A DNA stretch of 64,000 nucleotides, taken from positions 60,822,001 to 60,886,000 of the forward strand of contig OZ024746.1 in NCBI GenBank assembly GCA_964016885.1. Reading direction: 5' to 3'. The notes below the pieces were generated by a model. The model searched no databases, was not told the DNA's origin, and worked only from the letters and a program-made list of their open reading frames with translations. Made by a program: the position numbers and the translations under genes. Below are positions 33,740 through 64,000 of this stretch, in pieces (position 1 is the stretch's first letter; every line of letters starts with the position of its first letter). The DNA comes from Eledone cirrhosa (Eukaryota).

Positions 33740-34045
33740 TTGTAGAAATCATTGGCATGTCTACAAAGTCAGAAAACAGCACAGCTCCATGACTTTCGGA
33801 AACATTTTTTCACGCTCAGTTGTTGAAGCATGGAACAAACTACCTGCATCGGTTGTTAGCTCCCGGGACACTACACCTGATATTCTCTCTCCATACAGAC
33901 GCACGCATGTATGTGTGTACATCATGACTCATACACTGTCCACTTTTCTAACATTTGTACATTATTCTATGTACTAAACATGCACCTTTGATGAATTGTA
34001 TTGTACCTCAGCACTATACACAATCATTTTCATTATTTATTATTG
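33740..34045 (+). mobile_element. CR1/L2-like 3' end fragment
   Basis: FSRSVVEAWNKLPASVV plus tail also seen at 42660-42880 and 11240-11370(-). Confidence 0.6.
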
Positions 34046-34052
34046 TGCTGTG

Positions 34053-34232
34053 GATTGGCAGTATCGGTAGAGGGTCGGAGGCCACGCTTTCCAGCATAGT
34101 TACGTCCCTTTACGATCTGAGTTCAAATCCCGCCGAGGTTGACTTTGCCTTTCATCCTTACGGGGTCGATAAAATAACGTACCAGTAATGCACTGGATAA
34201 TTGCTGGCCTTGTGCCTAAAGTAGAAACAATT
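34053..34232 (+). mobile_element. tRNA-derived SINE (Meta-domain-like)
   Basis: Same family as 3551-3922. Confidence 0.85.
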
Positions 34233-36539
34233 ATTTATTATTGTGCTGAGCGTTACTTACATTTGTGCTGTAGAACGATATCTTGAGCCATCTAACCGTA
34301 GATCTAATTATTAAGCTTTGTATAATCAATAAAATTCCAGTTGCCATAGGAATTTAGACTGCTGTTTTCCCTCGCCAAATCGGGATGAGGCTATCAGGTC
34401 TGATGAGGGACCCTTCTGATTCAGTGGATATCATTGCTTATTCTCCGAGGCAATTCTTTGTCTGCGAGGCGAGATATACCTCCAAGCCACCCGAGTAGTT
34501 TGCCCCTCTCAAGTTCTCTCCCTTTATTTTCCTTTTATCATTATGATAGTGTAAATGTAATTTGAAAATTGAAATGAATAAATATAGCCACATCAATGAA
34601 ACGACAGATGCCGAGAAATGGCATTCTTCATTCTGTTTTAAAAGTATTTATAGCAGTGTCAGATTATCTGATATTTTGTTTATAGTTTGTTTAACTCCGG
34701 CTGTTTCACTCAGATATAAATAAAAATAGCTACTCAATCCAATGCGCTTCTACGTGGTCGATTTACTCACTAGATATAGCAATCATATCTCCCCCATAAA
34801 ATAAAGGACACAGTGGATAAAAGATATACTACTTGAAAGACAAGATCGACTATTTTCACGCTAAGAATACCTTTGATAAAAGGGGGCTGTTTATTTAGGG
34901 TTACAGAATAGCAGTACTAACAACAAATAGTTATCGTGAAACCTTCATAGTCCATTGTTTTAAGCTACTATAGTGCTTTCTGAAATTGTACCAACTACAA
35001 TGGTAAATCCGGTGTTGTCTCCCCTAATTACTGAAATAATTATAACTACTTGGTTTCGTAGAATTTCCACGGGGTCAGCTAGACACAATAATTACTCTGT
35101 GGCAGTATTTGTAGAGTGTTTGACACCTTGCTTCGCAGCATAGTCACGGCCCTTTACGTTCTGAGTTCAAATCCTGCCGAAGTTAACTTTGCCCTTCATC
35201 TTTACGGGGTCGATAAAATAAAGTACCAGTAACGCATCGGGGTAGATTTAATCGATTTTCCCCTCTCTCCCAAATTGTTGGACTTGTGCCTAAAGTAGAA
35301 ATCATTATTTCATCATTGCATCATTTGAATCATTCAATATGCCATTAAATACACAGGTCTACAGAAAAAAAATTGAAATAGTGCATGGGATGTTTTGACT
35401 GATTTTAAAGTTTTTCAGGCCGCTGAATCCAAAAATCATACTCAGTTTCTTCGTTAGCTTTAGAGGGGGTACCGGGGATGCACGGAGCAGTTTGTACACC
35501 CCTGGCAAGGTGGTATATCTCAGCTGCACCATACAAACAAGATGGTGGAAGTATTATCGAAGAGAATAACCAACAACACACGCAGCATCAACCACTCCAC
35601 ACCACGGAACACTTTCCTCAGGCAGGATGCACTCCTTCCGATTTTGCGGAGGAAATCGTTAACTCAAACAGTCACAACTGACTAGAGTTACTGCTACACA
35701 TTTGGTTCTTGCATCTTATACAGAACTTCACTGATGTGGACATAGTTGCAGGTGGTCAATGGTAGGTGGTCAGTCAGTGGTGTAAGGTGGAGTGTTCAGT
35801 AATGGAGAGATCGTGTGTTTCCCCACAGACAAGTATGACAGAATGTTGATAGACAGCCAGCCAAACTACATCCAGGGAATGCAACCCCACATAATCAACA
35901 CGAGAGAAACAACACCGGAAGCGCACGAGGGAAAGGGAGAGAGAGAAAGAAGATTCTCAACGCTCACATGATGATATCGTCTAACATTCTCGGACCAAGG
36001 AAGTGCAAAGCCAAACATTTTCCAAGCCTCAAATAAAGACATCCCAACGCTGATAAAATAACCACCGATCCTTTGGGAGGACCACCAACAAGACCTGCTG
36101 TTTGCGGAGAAAACATCCCCAGCAACTACAGGATCTCCTATTTCCTCTCTATGACCAAGATGTCCCTGGACGTGTGTGGCATCATGGAGGAAGGACCTCC
36201 TCAGCAGAATCAACAGATGTAACCGCACCCACGACCTGACAAACTATAATAGGCAGCATGAATGTAGTATCCTTATATTCATCCATCGACGCTGATTTTG
36301 CTGTGGAGATGATCAGCGAGAACGACGTGGAGTTCGAGGAGTTGGCACTAAGGTACTGGACCTCCTCCTTTGCCTGAGACAAAGAATATCCATGATAGAT
36401 CAATACAACCGTAGCTCTTTCTACCCCAGTAGAGCAGTAAGAGGCAGACCTACCATCACCTCGATGTATCACTATGCTGTTTGCCTAGTCTCGCATATTT
36501 CTGACTTATAATACATTTGTGTTTATGTTTTTGTTTAAT

Positions 36540-37111
36540 AATATAGTCTCCCATTTTTAAACAACAATGGAATGGTTGCTGTGCAGTATCGCATCGCTCT
36601 AGGCTGGGCAATTTCTACAAGAACAAGAAAGTACTAACATCAAAATGAGTTTCCTATCATTTGAAGGCTAAGATCTTTGATACTTACATCCTACCAGTTG
36701 TGTTATATGGTCTTGACTGTGTTAATTGGACGACAAGGTCACTTCTGAAGCTCTCTACATTCCAGAACCACATCATGAGACTTATAACTGGCAAGAGGCT
36801 CAGTGACCGTATCTGAGTCAGTGAGCTGCTCAACATTACCAGACTTAGATCAATTACATCAATTGTCAAGTCAAGAGTACTCAAACTTATACGATCATAT
36901 AAAAAGATCAACACGTGGTGTGAGTAGGTTATGGCTGGAAGGAAAGTTGGCTGGTAAGAGAAGCAGAGGCCGGCAGCTAAAACGATGGCTTGATAATGTC
37001 AACCTATGTACTGGACTTGATCTTTGCTCTTTAAATTCTGCTGTTGGTGATCGAACTTTGTGGAGAAAAATATCTCATGTTGATGCGCAGTCTGCAACTG
37101 GCGGAGTCTAG
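36540..37111 (+). mobile_element. RTE-like LINE 3' fragment, decayed
   Basis: LEGKLAGKRSRGRQLKRWLDNV...DRTLWR. Confidence 0.7.
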
Positions 37112-38324
37112 CATCAAAGTAGTATCATCTATAATTTTTAGACTGACTATATAGTCTTGGAATCTCTAGTATTTGTGCCACAATGAAATGCATCCAGTCA
37201 TCATAATATTACAAATAAAAAGAAAAATTTAAGAAAAGGGAAAGGAAAAAAACACACACACATACACACACACAACAGGTAATGCTCACATCTAGGACCA
37301 CATACAACAAAAAGCAGGCGAAAGGGGTGGACAAACGAACCGCTGCCAACAAAACCAAACTCTAACTGATCGCTATTAGACTCGTTCTCTCTAAAGCAAT
37401 CCAAGGTGTTTATTTCTTAATGATTCACCGAAGTGTTTCAATACTTAATGATATGTTACTGATAATATACAGTGAAAGAAATCTATCTCGGATATTCTCT
37501 TCAATTAGAACAGTAAATAGTATATCTATATTTTAGTTCATTAGGAAATATCTCATTGATGATAAAACAACGATGAAAAACAATAGAAAAGGGTAATATT
37601 AGAATAGCATTGCAAATATGTTTTAAATATATACATAAATAACATTACAAATGCGTAAATAACATTATAAATTGCTCGCATGTTTATAGATTTTCTCAAT
37701 AATTTGATACAAAACTGTTTTTAAGATTAAGCATGATTTTATTGTTTACAAAAAACAAACAAAAAAAAAACAGAAAAACAAACAAAAAATTGAATTAAAT
37801 ATCGGTAAAATATCACAAAATATACATATTGATCAAAATGTATAAAAATAATGAAGTTAATTTTCTCCGTATGATCTGTATGCGTGTGTATATGTGTGTG
37901 TGTGTGGGCGCGCGTATGTGTGTGAGTGTGTGAAAATAAATATTTTTTAAATTAAATTTTGTTTTTTATTCAGACACATGGTCATAAATTTATAAGGTAA
38001 GGGGTGAATATAACCGAAGAGAAAACTGAATCCGGCCCTTCCAGTGTTCAACTAACTCCGAGTTTTTACCTTTTTTTTCTGCAGTGCTTTATTACACCGG
38101 CGAGAATAAATATTACACATGTCCCATAGACAAACAAAACCACACCAACAACAGCGACAATAACAAGACAAACGGATATAAATCTATTTATGATAAAGGT
38201 ATATTTAAGAACGTTTTAATAACAAACTTGTATGTACAATAACCCCAAAACAGCCTCATAGTAAACTTCGTCTTTATCTAGCGTGGTCTTAAACGCAGTG
38301 GTATTAAATCAGGCGATGATTTAA

Positions 38325-38535
38325 CCCCTTAGCATTTACATTACTCTATATATGCTATTGTATTTTCATGGTAAAGGCTTTATCTTACACAATTATCTCA
38401 CATAATATCGAATCTATGAAATTTTGATGTTATTTATTTTGAAAACAATACCTTAACATCAGTATGAGAGGCCAGTTTGAAAATAAAGAGGTGAAAAAAC
38501 TCTGGCTGGATACGGCCGGTTTAAATGCCAAAGGG
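38325..38535. mobile_element. piggyBac-type MITE (same family, opposite orientation)
   Basis: TTAA TSD, CCCTTAGCATTT / AAATGCCAAAGGG. Confidence 0.8.
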
Positions 38536-38958
38536 TTAAACCTGTCGTCTAAATACAGACATACTGCTTCTACAATGTCCGTCTATTGAATTTCACTTAC
38601 AAGGCTTTAATCGAGTATGTTCAAAGACATTTGCCAACGATCGAAGCCACATTGTTGTAAAGTGATTTCTTTTCTTTTAACGAAGAGCCATACCTGCATC
38701 TGGCCAGTCATCCTATATTAGTGTACAATACATTAAACCACGAATATAACGGACGTGCATCAGATATTTAGTAATTTCAGCCTTAAGTTATGGTGTAATA
38801 CTTGCTCAACGATTCGGCTTTGATTTTATACAGTAAGTAAAAGTTGCCGAGCTCTAAAGGAAACCTGTTCAATTTGATAGTTTTTTTGCAAACTTATTTC
38901 AATAAAATTCATTTCACACACATATATAATCTATGCATGGATGTAACTACACGGTTAT

Positions 38959-39001
<43 letters not shown>

Positions 39002-39005
39002 CATA

Positions 39006-39195
39006 CAGGGTGTCCCCCAAAATGTATATACACTTTGATTACCTGTACAGGCAATATTTATTAGAATGCACAGCCTTTCCCAAAAATAAAAGGATCTACA
39101 GACATAATTCAATTGTATGTAAACACCCCAAAGTGTTTACATAATTTAAATAACGCATTTTTTTTGCTGTTGAAGTGTGTATACATTTTTTGGGA

Positions 39196-39202
<7 letters not shown>
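39006..39202. mobile_element. Tc1/mariner MITE
   Basis: TA|CAGGGTGTCCCCCAAAATGTATATACACTT ... AAGTGTGTATACATTTTTTGGGACCCCC; similar terminus at 62436-62466. Confidence 0.6.
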
Positions 39203-39249
<47 letters not shown>

Positions 39250-39619
39250 CACACAAAACAGGACAGGTAGTAAAGAATTTGACTCTACACCACGAATCTG
39301 TGGTTCTATTGGATACCAATAAATAATATGTGAAGCCAAGCTCAGTTTCTACTGATAGCTTTGCCACAATTTTTCATTACTCAACCAAAACAAATTGAGT
39401 TTAGAAGTAACAGGTAACCTAAGGCTCCCAGAATGATAGGCGTTGGTTTTCGGTGTCATTCTATTGCCTGGATTTATTAATATCTCCACCTTTGGGATGG
39501 AGTGTTTGAGTAACAGATTAAAAATACATTTGACTGTATTTAGATTCACACACGCTGTGTTCTGAGTTTAAATATGTATGAGGTTTAACTTTCTTTTTAA
39601 TAATTTTATTTTCTTCTTT

Positions 39620-39802
39620 TCTCTGTCACGCCCTGTCTTTCTCCGTGTCATCTCTCACTTTCTCCGTGTCCCCCTCTCACTTTCTCTGCGTTCCCCCGTC
39701 CCTTTCTCCATATCCCCCTCTCACGTTCTCTGCGTTCCCCTCTCACTTCTCCGTGCCTCCTCTCTCTTTCTCCGTGTCCCCCTCTCATTTTCTCTGTGTC
39801 AC
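39620..39802. repeat. Pyrimidine-rich minisatellite (~22-bp TTTCTCCGTGTCCCCTCTCAC units)
   Basis: Visible tandem units. Confidence 0.75.
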
Positions 39803-40077
39803 AAACATTCTCACTCAGTCTTTTCACAGTGACAATTATGAATGGTTTATATTTTAGATGGGTGACGTCACAAATTTATATTGGGAGCAAAAGGAAACTG
39901 TGTAAAAATTAATTTTTTTTTTATCGAGCATTTGTGGCATGAAATAAATGATATGAAGTGAATTGATTTGAACCGGGAGCAGGAATCGAAACCGTATTGC
40001 AGATACGATTCGATAGGTGTTATAAATAATAAATGTTGTATGTAAATAATATGGAAGGTTGGATTGTAATGTAATAA

Positions 40078-40255
40078 TTTTCTACTTTTGGCACAAGGCC
40101 AGCAAATACCCAGTGCATTACTGGTACTTTATTTTATCGACCCCATAAGGATGAAAGGCAAAGTTAACCTCGGCGGGATTCGAACTCAGAATGGCAAGGG
40201 CCGTAACTCTATGCGTCAAAGCATGGCGTCCGACTCTCTACCGATACTGCCAATC
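40078..40255 (-). mobile_element. tRNA-derived SINE (Meta-domain-like)
   Basis: Reverse complement of the same family. Confidence 0.85.
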
Positions 40256-40608
40256 CACGTAATAATGTCATACATGTCATCACTGTTTTACATCCGTTCT
40301 TCCACGCTAGCATGGGTTAGACGGGTTGTCCTGTTGTAGGCAGTGTCTCATTTACAGTGAGTGCTGGGTGCTTTTTTTTCCGTGGCGCCTCCACGTCCAC
40401 TTTGCAGTGTGGGCTGGGTGCTTTTTTGCCGTGGCACCTACACGACCACTTTGCAGTGGAATGAGAGGGACCCCAGTCCCTATCATCTCATTTTTACAGC
40501 TGAGTAAACTGGAACAATGTGAAATAAAGTGTCTTGCTCAAGGAAACAACACATCACCTGGTCCGAGAATTGAACTCACAACCTTTCGATTGCAAGCCCA
40601 ATGCTCTA

Positions 40609-40718
<110 letters not shown>

Positions 40719-40775
40719 AATATGTATGTATATATATGTATATGTCTATATATGTATATATGTATTATATATATG

Positions 40776-40815
<40 letters not shown>

Positions 40816-41073
40816 CAGTAAGGAGAGAAATACAGATAGATATTAAATATATGTGTTTGATTATAAGGGATATAAACCACTATTCATCACCCTGGAGGTT
40901 TTATATCCCTTATAATCGAACACATATATTTATGTGTATTTATCTCCTTTCTGTTTTATAAAGAACAGATTAAAGTTTAGTTTAAGCAAAGAATCGCTGC
41001 TTTCACCCTTAACAGGATATTTATCCTTATCGAGCCCTTTCTGGATTTTAGTCTTCACATTTATTATTATTAT

Positions 41074-41182
<109 letters not shown>

Positions 41183-41354
41183 AAAAAAGAAAAAATGACT
41201 TCATTTGTAGTTGCTGTTCTAAACTATTTAATTTCATAATATTACAATTGTAATCTTATAAAATTAAATTGTTAAGAACTCCAACTAAAAGTGAAGTCAT
41301 TTTTTTTTTCTTTTTTGCAAATATACCTAACTGTACCAAGGATTTCACACATTT

Positions 41355-41417
<63 letters not shown>

Positions 41418-41447
41418 GTGAATGTGTTTTTTGTGTAAGCTAGTGAT

Positions 41448-60236
<18,789 letters not shown>

Positions 60237-60463
60237 CTAGCAATGAAGAAAAAGGAGAATATTTTGAATATTGACAAAAGAGAAGTAAACCATTTAAGAA
60301 GGTAGAACAAAGACACAAGTAAATAATATATTAAACAAAGGAAATACAACGATGGAGGGCAAGATACACTGAGAACAAAACTATAAACAAGATGAAACGT
60401 GAATAAAACAATATTGACGGCCATCTAACTACATATAATTCTCTCTCAACTCACACATACACG

Positions 60464-60532
<69 letters not shown>

Positions 60533-61140
60533 GTCTGTATATATATATAGTTTTAATATAGATAAGATTCTACACGACTAGAACTGTTTCATTCTTTAGT
60601 CCTGTAGAATCTCATCTATATTAAAACTTTTATACTCTGCTATGTATTGAGTACCTTACTTACTGTGGTTAGCCCCGATTCAACCCGGAATAACTTATAT
60701 ATATATATATAGGATAAACTTACATTAAATAGCTTTAGTTGTGATGTGTAAACCCTTCAAACATCATTTATACATCAAATACCTTAAATTGTGATGTTTA
60801 AACCCTCCACCCCTTCATATGATTTATTTACTGTCAACAGTTCAAGTTATCATTATTAAACAGAAGACCGAGCTGAGGATCCACATAAGGTGAAACATTT
60901 GTTCTCGGTCTGGTGAACTAACTGTTGTAGAACTACTTCTATATATATATGAAGGATTCGGGACCCCGACCGGATGAGCTCTCGCCGTTTCAGCAGCTAG
61001 ATACGAACTCTAGATCTAGCTGTTGAAACAGCAGGAGCTCAGCCGTCGGGGGTCCCGAATCCTTCATATTACCCACTCTACTACCTCAAGTATCGAGTAC
61101 TCTGGTGAGTAATGGTCTAACTGGTTTTTACTGCATCCAT

Positions 61141-61274
<134 letters not shown>

Positions 61275-61730
61275 GGTAATTCCGAAGGAAAAGCAAAGAG
61301 AAAAAAAGAGTGCTCTATGTATAGAACAGAGCTATTATATTAGAAAGTGAACAACACAAAATATAACTACTCCATTACCAAAGGTTTCTGGATCAGAGAC
61401 AATAATAATTGTTTCTACTTTTGGCACAAGGCCAGCAATTACCCAGTACATTACTGGTACTTTATTTTATCGACCCGGTAAGGATGAAAGGCAAAGTTAA
61501 CCTCGGCCGGATTTGAACTCAGTCCGTAAAGGGACGTAACTGTGCTGCAAATTATAATTTGGATTGGCAGTATCGGTAGAGGGTCGGACGCCATGCTTAG
61601 AGTTATGGCCCTTTACGGTCTGAGTTCAAATCCCTTCGAGGTTAACTTTACCTTTCATCCTTACCTTTCATCCTTGGTGGTCTTGTGACAAAAGTAGAAA
61701 CAATTATAATTAAGGCTAAAAAGTGGGTCA

Positions 61731-61814
61731 TGTTACTCTAGAGTTTCGCCTGTTTATCACAGGGTCATCTTGACCGATGACCCTGGGATAAACAGGCGAA
61801 ACTCCAGAGTAACA
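61731..61814. repeat. Palindromic Penelope-like remnant with degenerate hammerhead
   Basis: TGTTACTCTAGAGTTTCGCCTG...CAGGCGAAACTCCAGAGTAACA; CCGATGA instead of CTGATGA. Confidence 0.6.
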
Positions 61815-61843
61815 AGATTAACTTTTTACACTTAATAATAAGG

Positions 61844-61892
<49 letters not shown>

Positions 61893-62463
61893 GGATGTGT
61901 GTATGTGTTTACAAAATGTATATGAGGACAGATTTTCCTTTAGATTTGTGTTTTTAAGGATATACAACATTTAGATTTCAACTTTTTATCATTTTTTTGC
62001 AATTTTCCTTATGAATGATTTACAGTTCGTCGGGAACAACAAAGTTCATAAATCCATAATCAACGTTTCTAGACCTTCACAGTCTCACCATCAGGAGGTG
62101 GAATGTTGTTGGCTTTGTTACTGTCTCATTTATTGTAGGTAAATGTACCACACGAAATTTTCATCGCCATCATTTGTGTTGGCTTTATTACAGGAATTTG
62201 AAATTTTATGTTTGCCTGTTAGACATATACATCAACTCTCATGTGTTTATGCGGCCTTTACGCTGTCTGTGTTTATCTTAGCATTGCATTGCAATATAAG
62301 TACTGCTTCCATAAATAATGGTACATTTTTGTTGGGAACTCTGCATAATATGGATGTATTGTCCATTTGTATTTTTCTTTGGGCTTTATCTTGTGTCGTG
62401 TGGTGTAGTGGAATCTTGGGCTTGTACAGGTAATTAAAGTGTGTATACATTTTTTGAGACACA

Positions 62464-62498
<35 letters not shown>

Positions 62499-62664
62499 TG
62501 AGATGGAGGGTTTGTGGTGGACCATAACGTACCAGAGTACTCGATACTTAGGGTAGTAGAGTGGGTAATAGGAAAAGAGTCAGGACCCCGACGGCTGAGC
62601 TCCGGCCGTTCGGATCTAGTTGTTGAAACGGCCGGAGCTCACCCGTCGGGGTCCTGACTCTTTT

Positions 62665-62726
<62 letters not shown>

Positions 62727-63474
62727 TTTGTATATATAAAAGAAAGAAGTAGGAGAGAAAATAAAAATTAGTATTTGACATGTGAGCAAAATAAGAATGG
62801 GAAGAAAACAACAAAGCGAAAGAAATACGAATAAAAACGGGGAGAGAAGAATAACGAGACGGTAAATGAGAGTAATTGTGAAAGAGTGTGAAAAAGTGGA
62901 TAATTAAATAAGAAAATATAAAAAGGAGAAGTTATAAAGTCACTTCTTTATATAACTTGATGTGAAAACAGATTTTATTTGTTTCTATTCTATTGTATTG
63001 GCTTACAGCGTAGTTCTGTCTCTTTGTTGCTTTCATTTATAGTTAATTATTGCTGTTCAAAAGATAGTGCAATAATGAATGGCTAGAACAATACACTAAA
63101 CCAGAGGTTTTCAAGGGGTGGGTGCTGTTACCCCCCCCCCCCCCCCCCGGGAGGACGTTGAGAAGGTCCAGGGGGCGTTGTGGCCTAAGGAGGTACTGGG
63201 GGAGCGGTACAGATGATATAATATCATATCAAATATCTAAAAAGTCTAAAGTCTGTCTTAAGCCAGAAGACTCATTTGGCCGGTGCTTATCCCGGTTTCA
63301 TGGCGTGAAGCGACTGAGAGTACAAGACTCCCCCCTGGACAGGACGCCAGTCCATCGCAGGGTTAACCCGACTCCCCAGCTATTGTGGTACTCATTTTCA
63401 GCTGAGTGTACTGGAGTAATGTGAAATGAAGTGTTTTGCTCAAGAACACAATACGCAACCAAGGAATCGAACCC

Positions 63475-63950
63475 ACCACCACCAATACCACCACCACCAC
63501 CACCACCATCATCATCATCTTCATCATAATGATGATCATGATGATCTCTCTTCTCCACATACTTCTCGTTATCATCATCATCCACCATCATCACCATTAC
63601 CACCATCATAATCATCAACATCGCCACCACCACCATCATCATCATCAATCTCATTATCATCACCATCATCATCATCATCATCATCATCACCTCTATCATT
63701 ACCATCACCACCACCATCATCATCATTATCAAAGCCATCACCATCATCATCATCAATCTCATTATCACCACCACCATCATCATCATTATCACCATCATCA
63801 TCACCACCATCACCACCACCACCATCATCATTATCACCATCATCACCCCCCCCCCTACCAACCACCACCACCACCACCACCACCATCACCATATTCATCA
63901 ACACCCCCTCCCCACTACCACCACCACCACCATATTCATCACCTCTAACC
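63475..63950. repeat. (CAT/CAC)n compound trinucleotide repeat
   Basis: Direct inspection; explains the poly-His/Met/Asp ORFs. Confidence 0.9.
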
Positions 63951-64000
63951 TCACCCCTACATCAGCTAGCTTCACCACTACCGTACCACGACACTTAGCT

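Noticed and set aside
34405-34460. CTGATGAG hammerhead-like core
   Set aside because: The required GAAA is missing (CGAGG); at best a dead remnant
62089-62215. Possible upstream protease exon on minus (aacag ... gtgaga)
   Set aside because: Stops in all three frames, and it lies next to a Tc1-like terminus
63298-63948. Poly-His, poly-Met and poly-Asp/Gly ORFs
   Set aside because: Compound (CAT/CAC)n repeat; no convincing splice sites linking it to the protease prodomain

Overview
AT-rich, microsatellite-rich metazoan genomic DNA; the repeat landscape suggests an octopus/coleoid cephalopod, but that is inference. Two convergent intron-containing genes are present. (1) On +, O-GlcNAc transferase (OGT): 18 coding exons from 7439 to the stop at 28984, with all reading phases consistent; the first exons lie upstream of the window. 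(2) On -, an ADAMTS-like M12B zinc metalloprotease: 9 exons from 60236 down to 41448, encoding an acidic prodomain, furin site, HELGHTLGAFHD, Cys-rich domain, PLAC-like domain and Arg-rich tail, with no TSP1 repeat. The first 7.4 kb is the intron preceding the [13 protein letters not shown] exon, i.e. the position of the O-GlcNAc-regulated detained intron 4 of vertebrate OGT. It contains GC-rich non-TE islands that look like poison/decoy exons, plus GCGC clusters, so an invertebrate counterpart of the OGT splicing rheostat is the best candidate for an undescribed system here. The metalloprotease introns carry Penelope-like foldback elements, two with intact minimal hammerhead ribozymes on both strands. 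Also present: a piggyBac derivative with MITEs, an R4/Dong-type LINE, a Helitron, Tc1/mariner-type MITEs, RTE/CR1 fragments and two tRNA-derived SINE families. Comparisons to human OGT intron sequence are from memory and need alignment.
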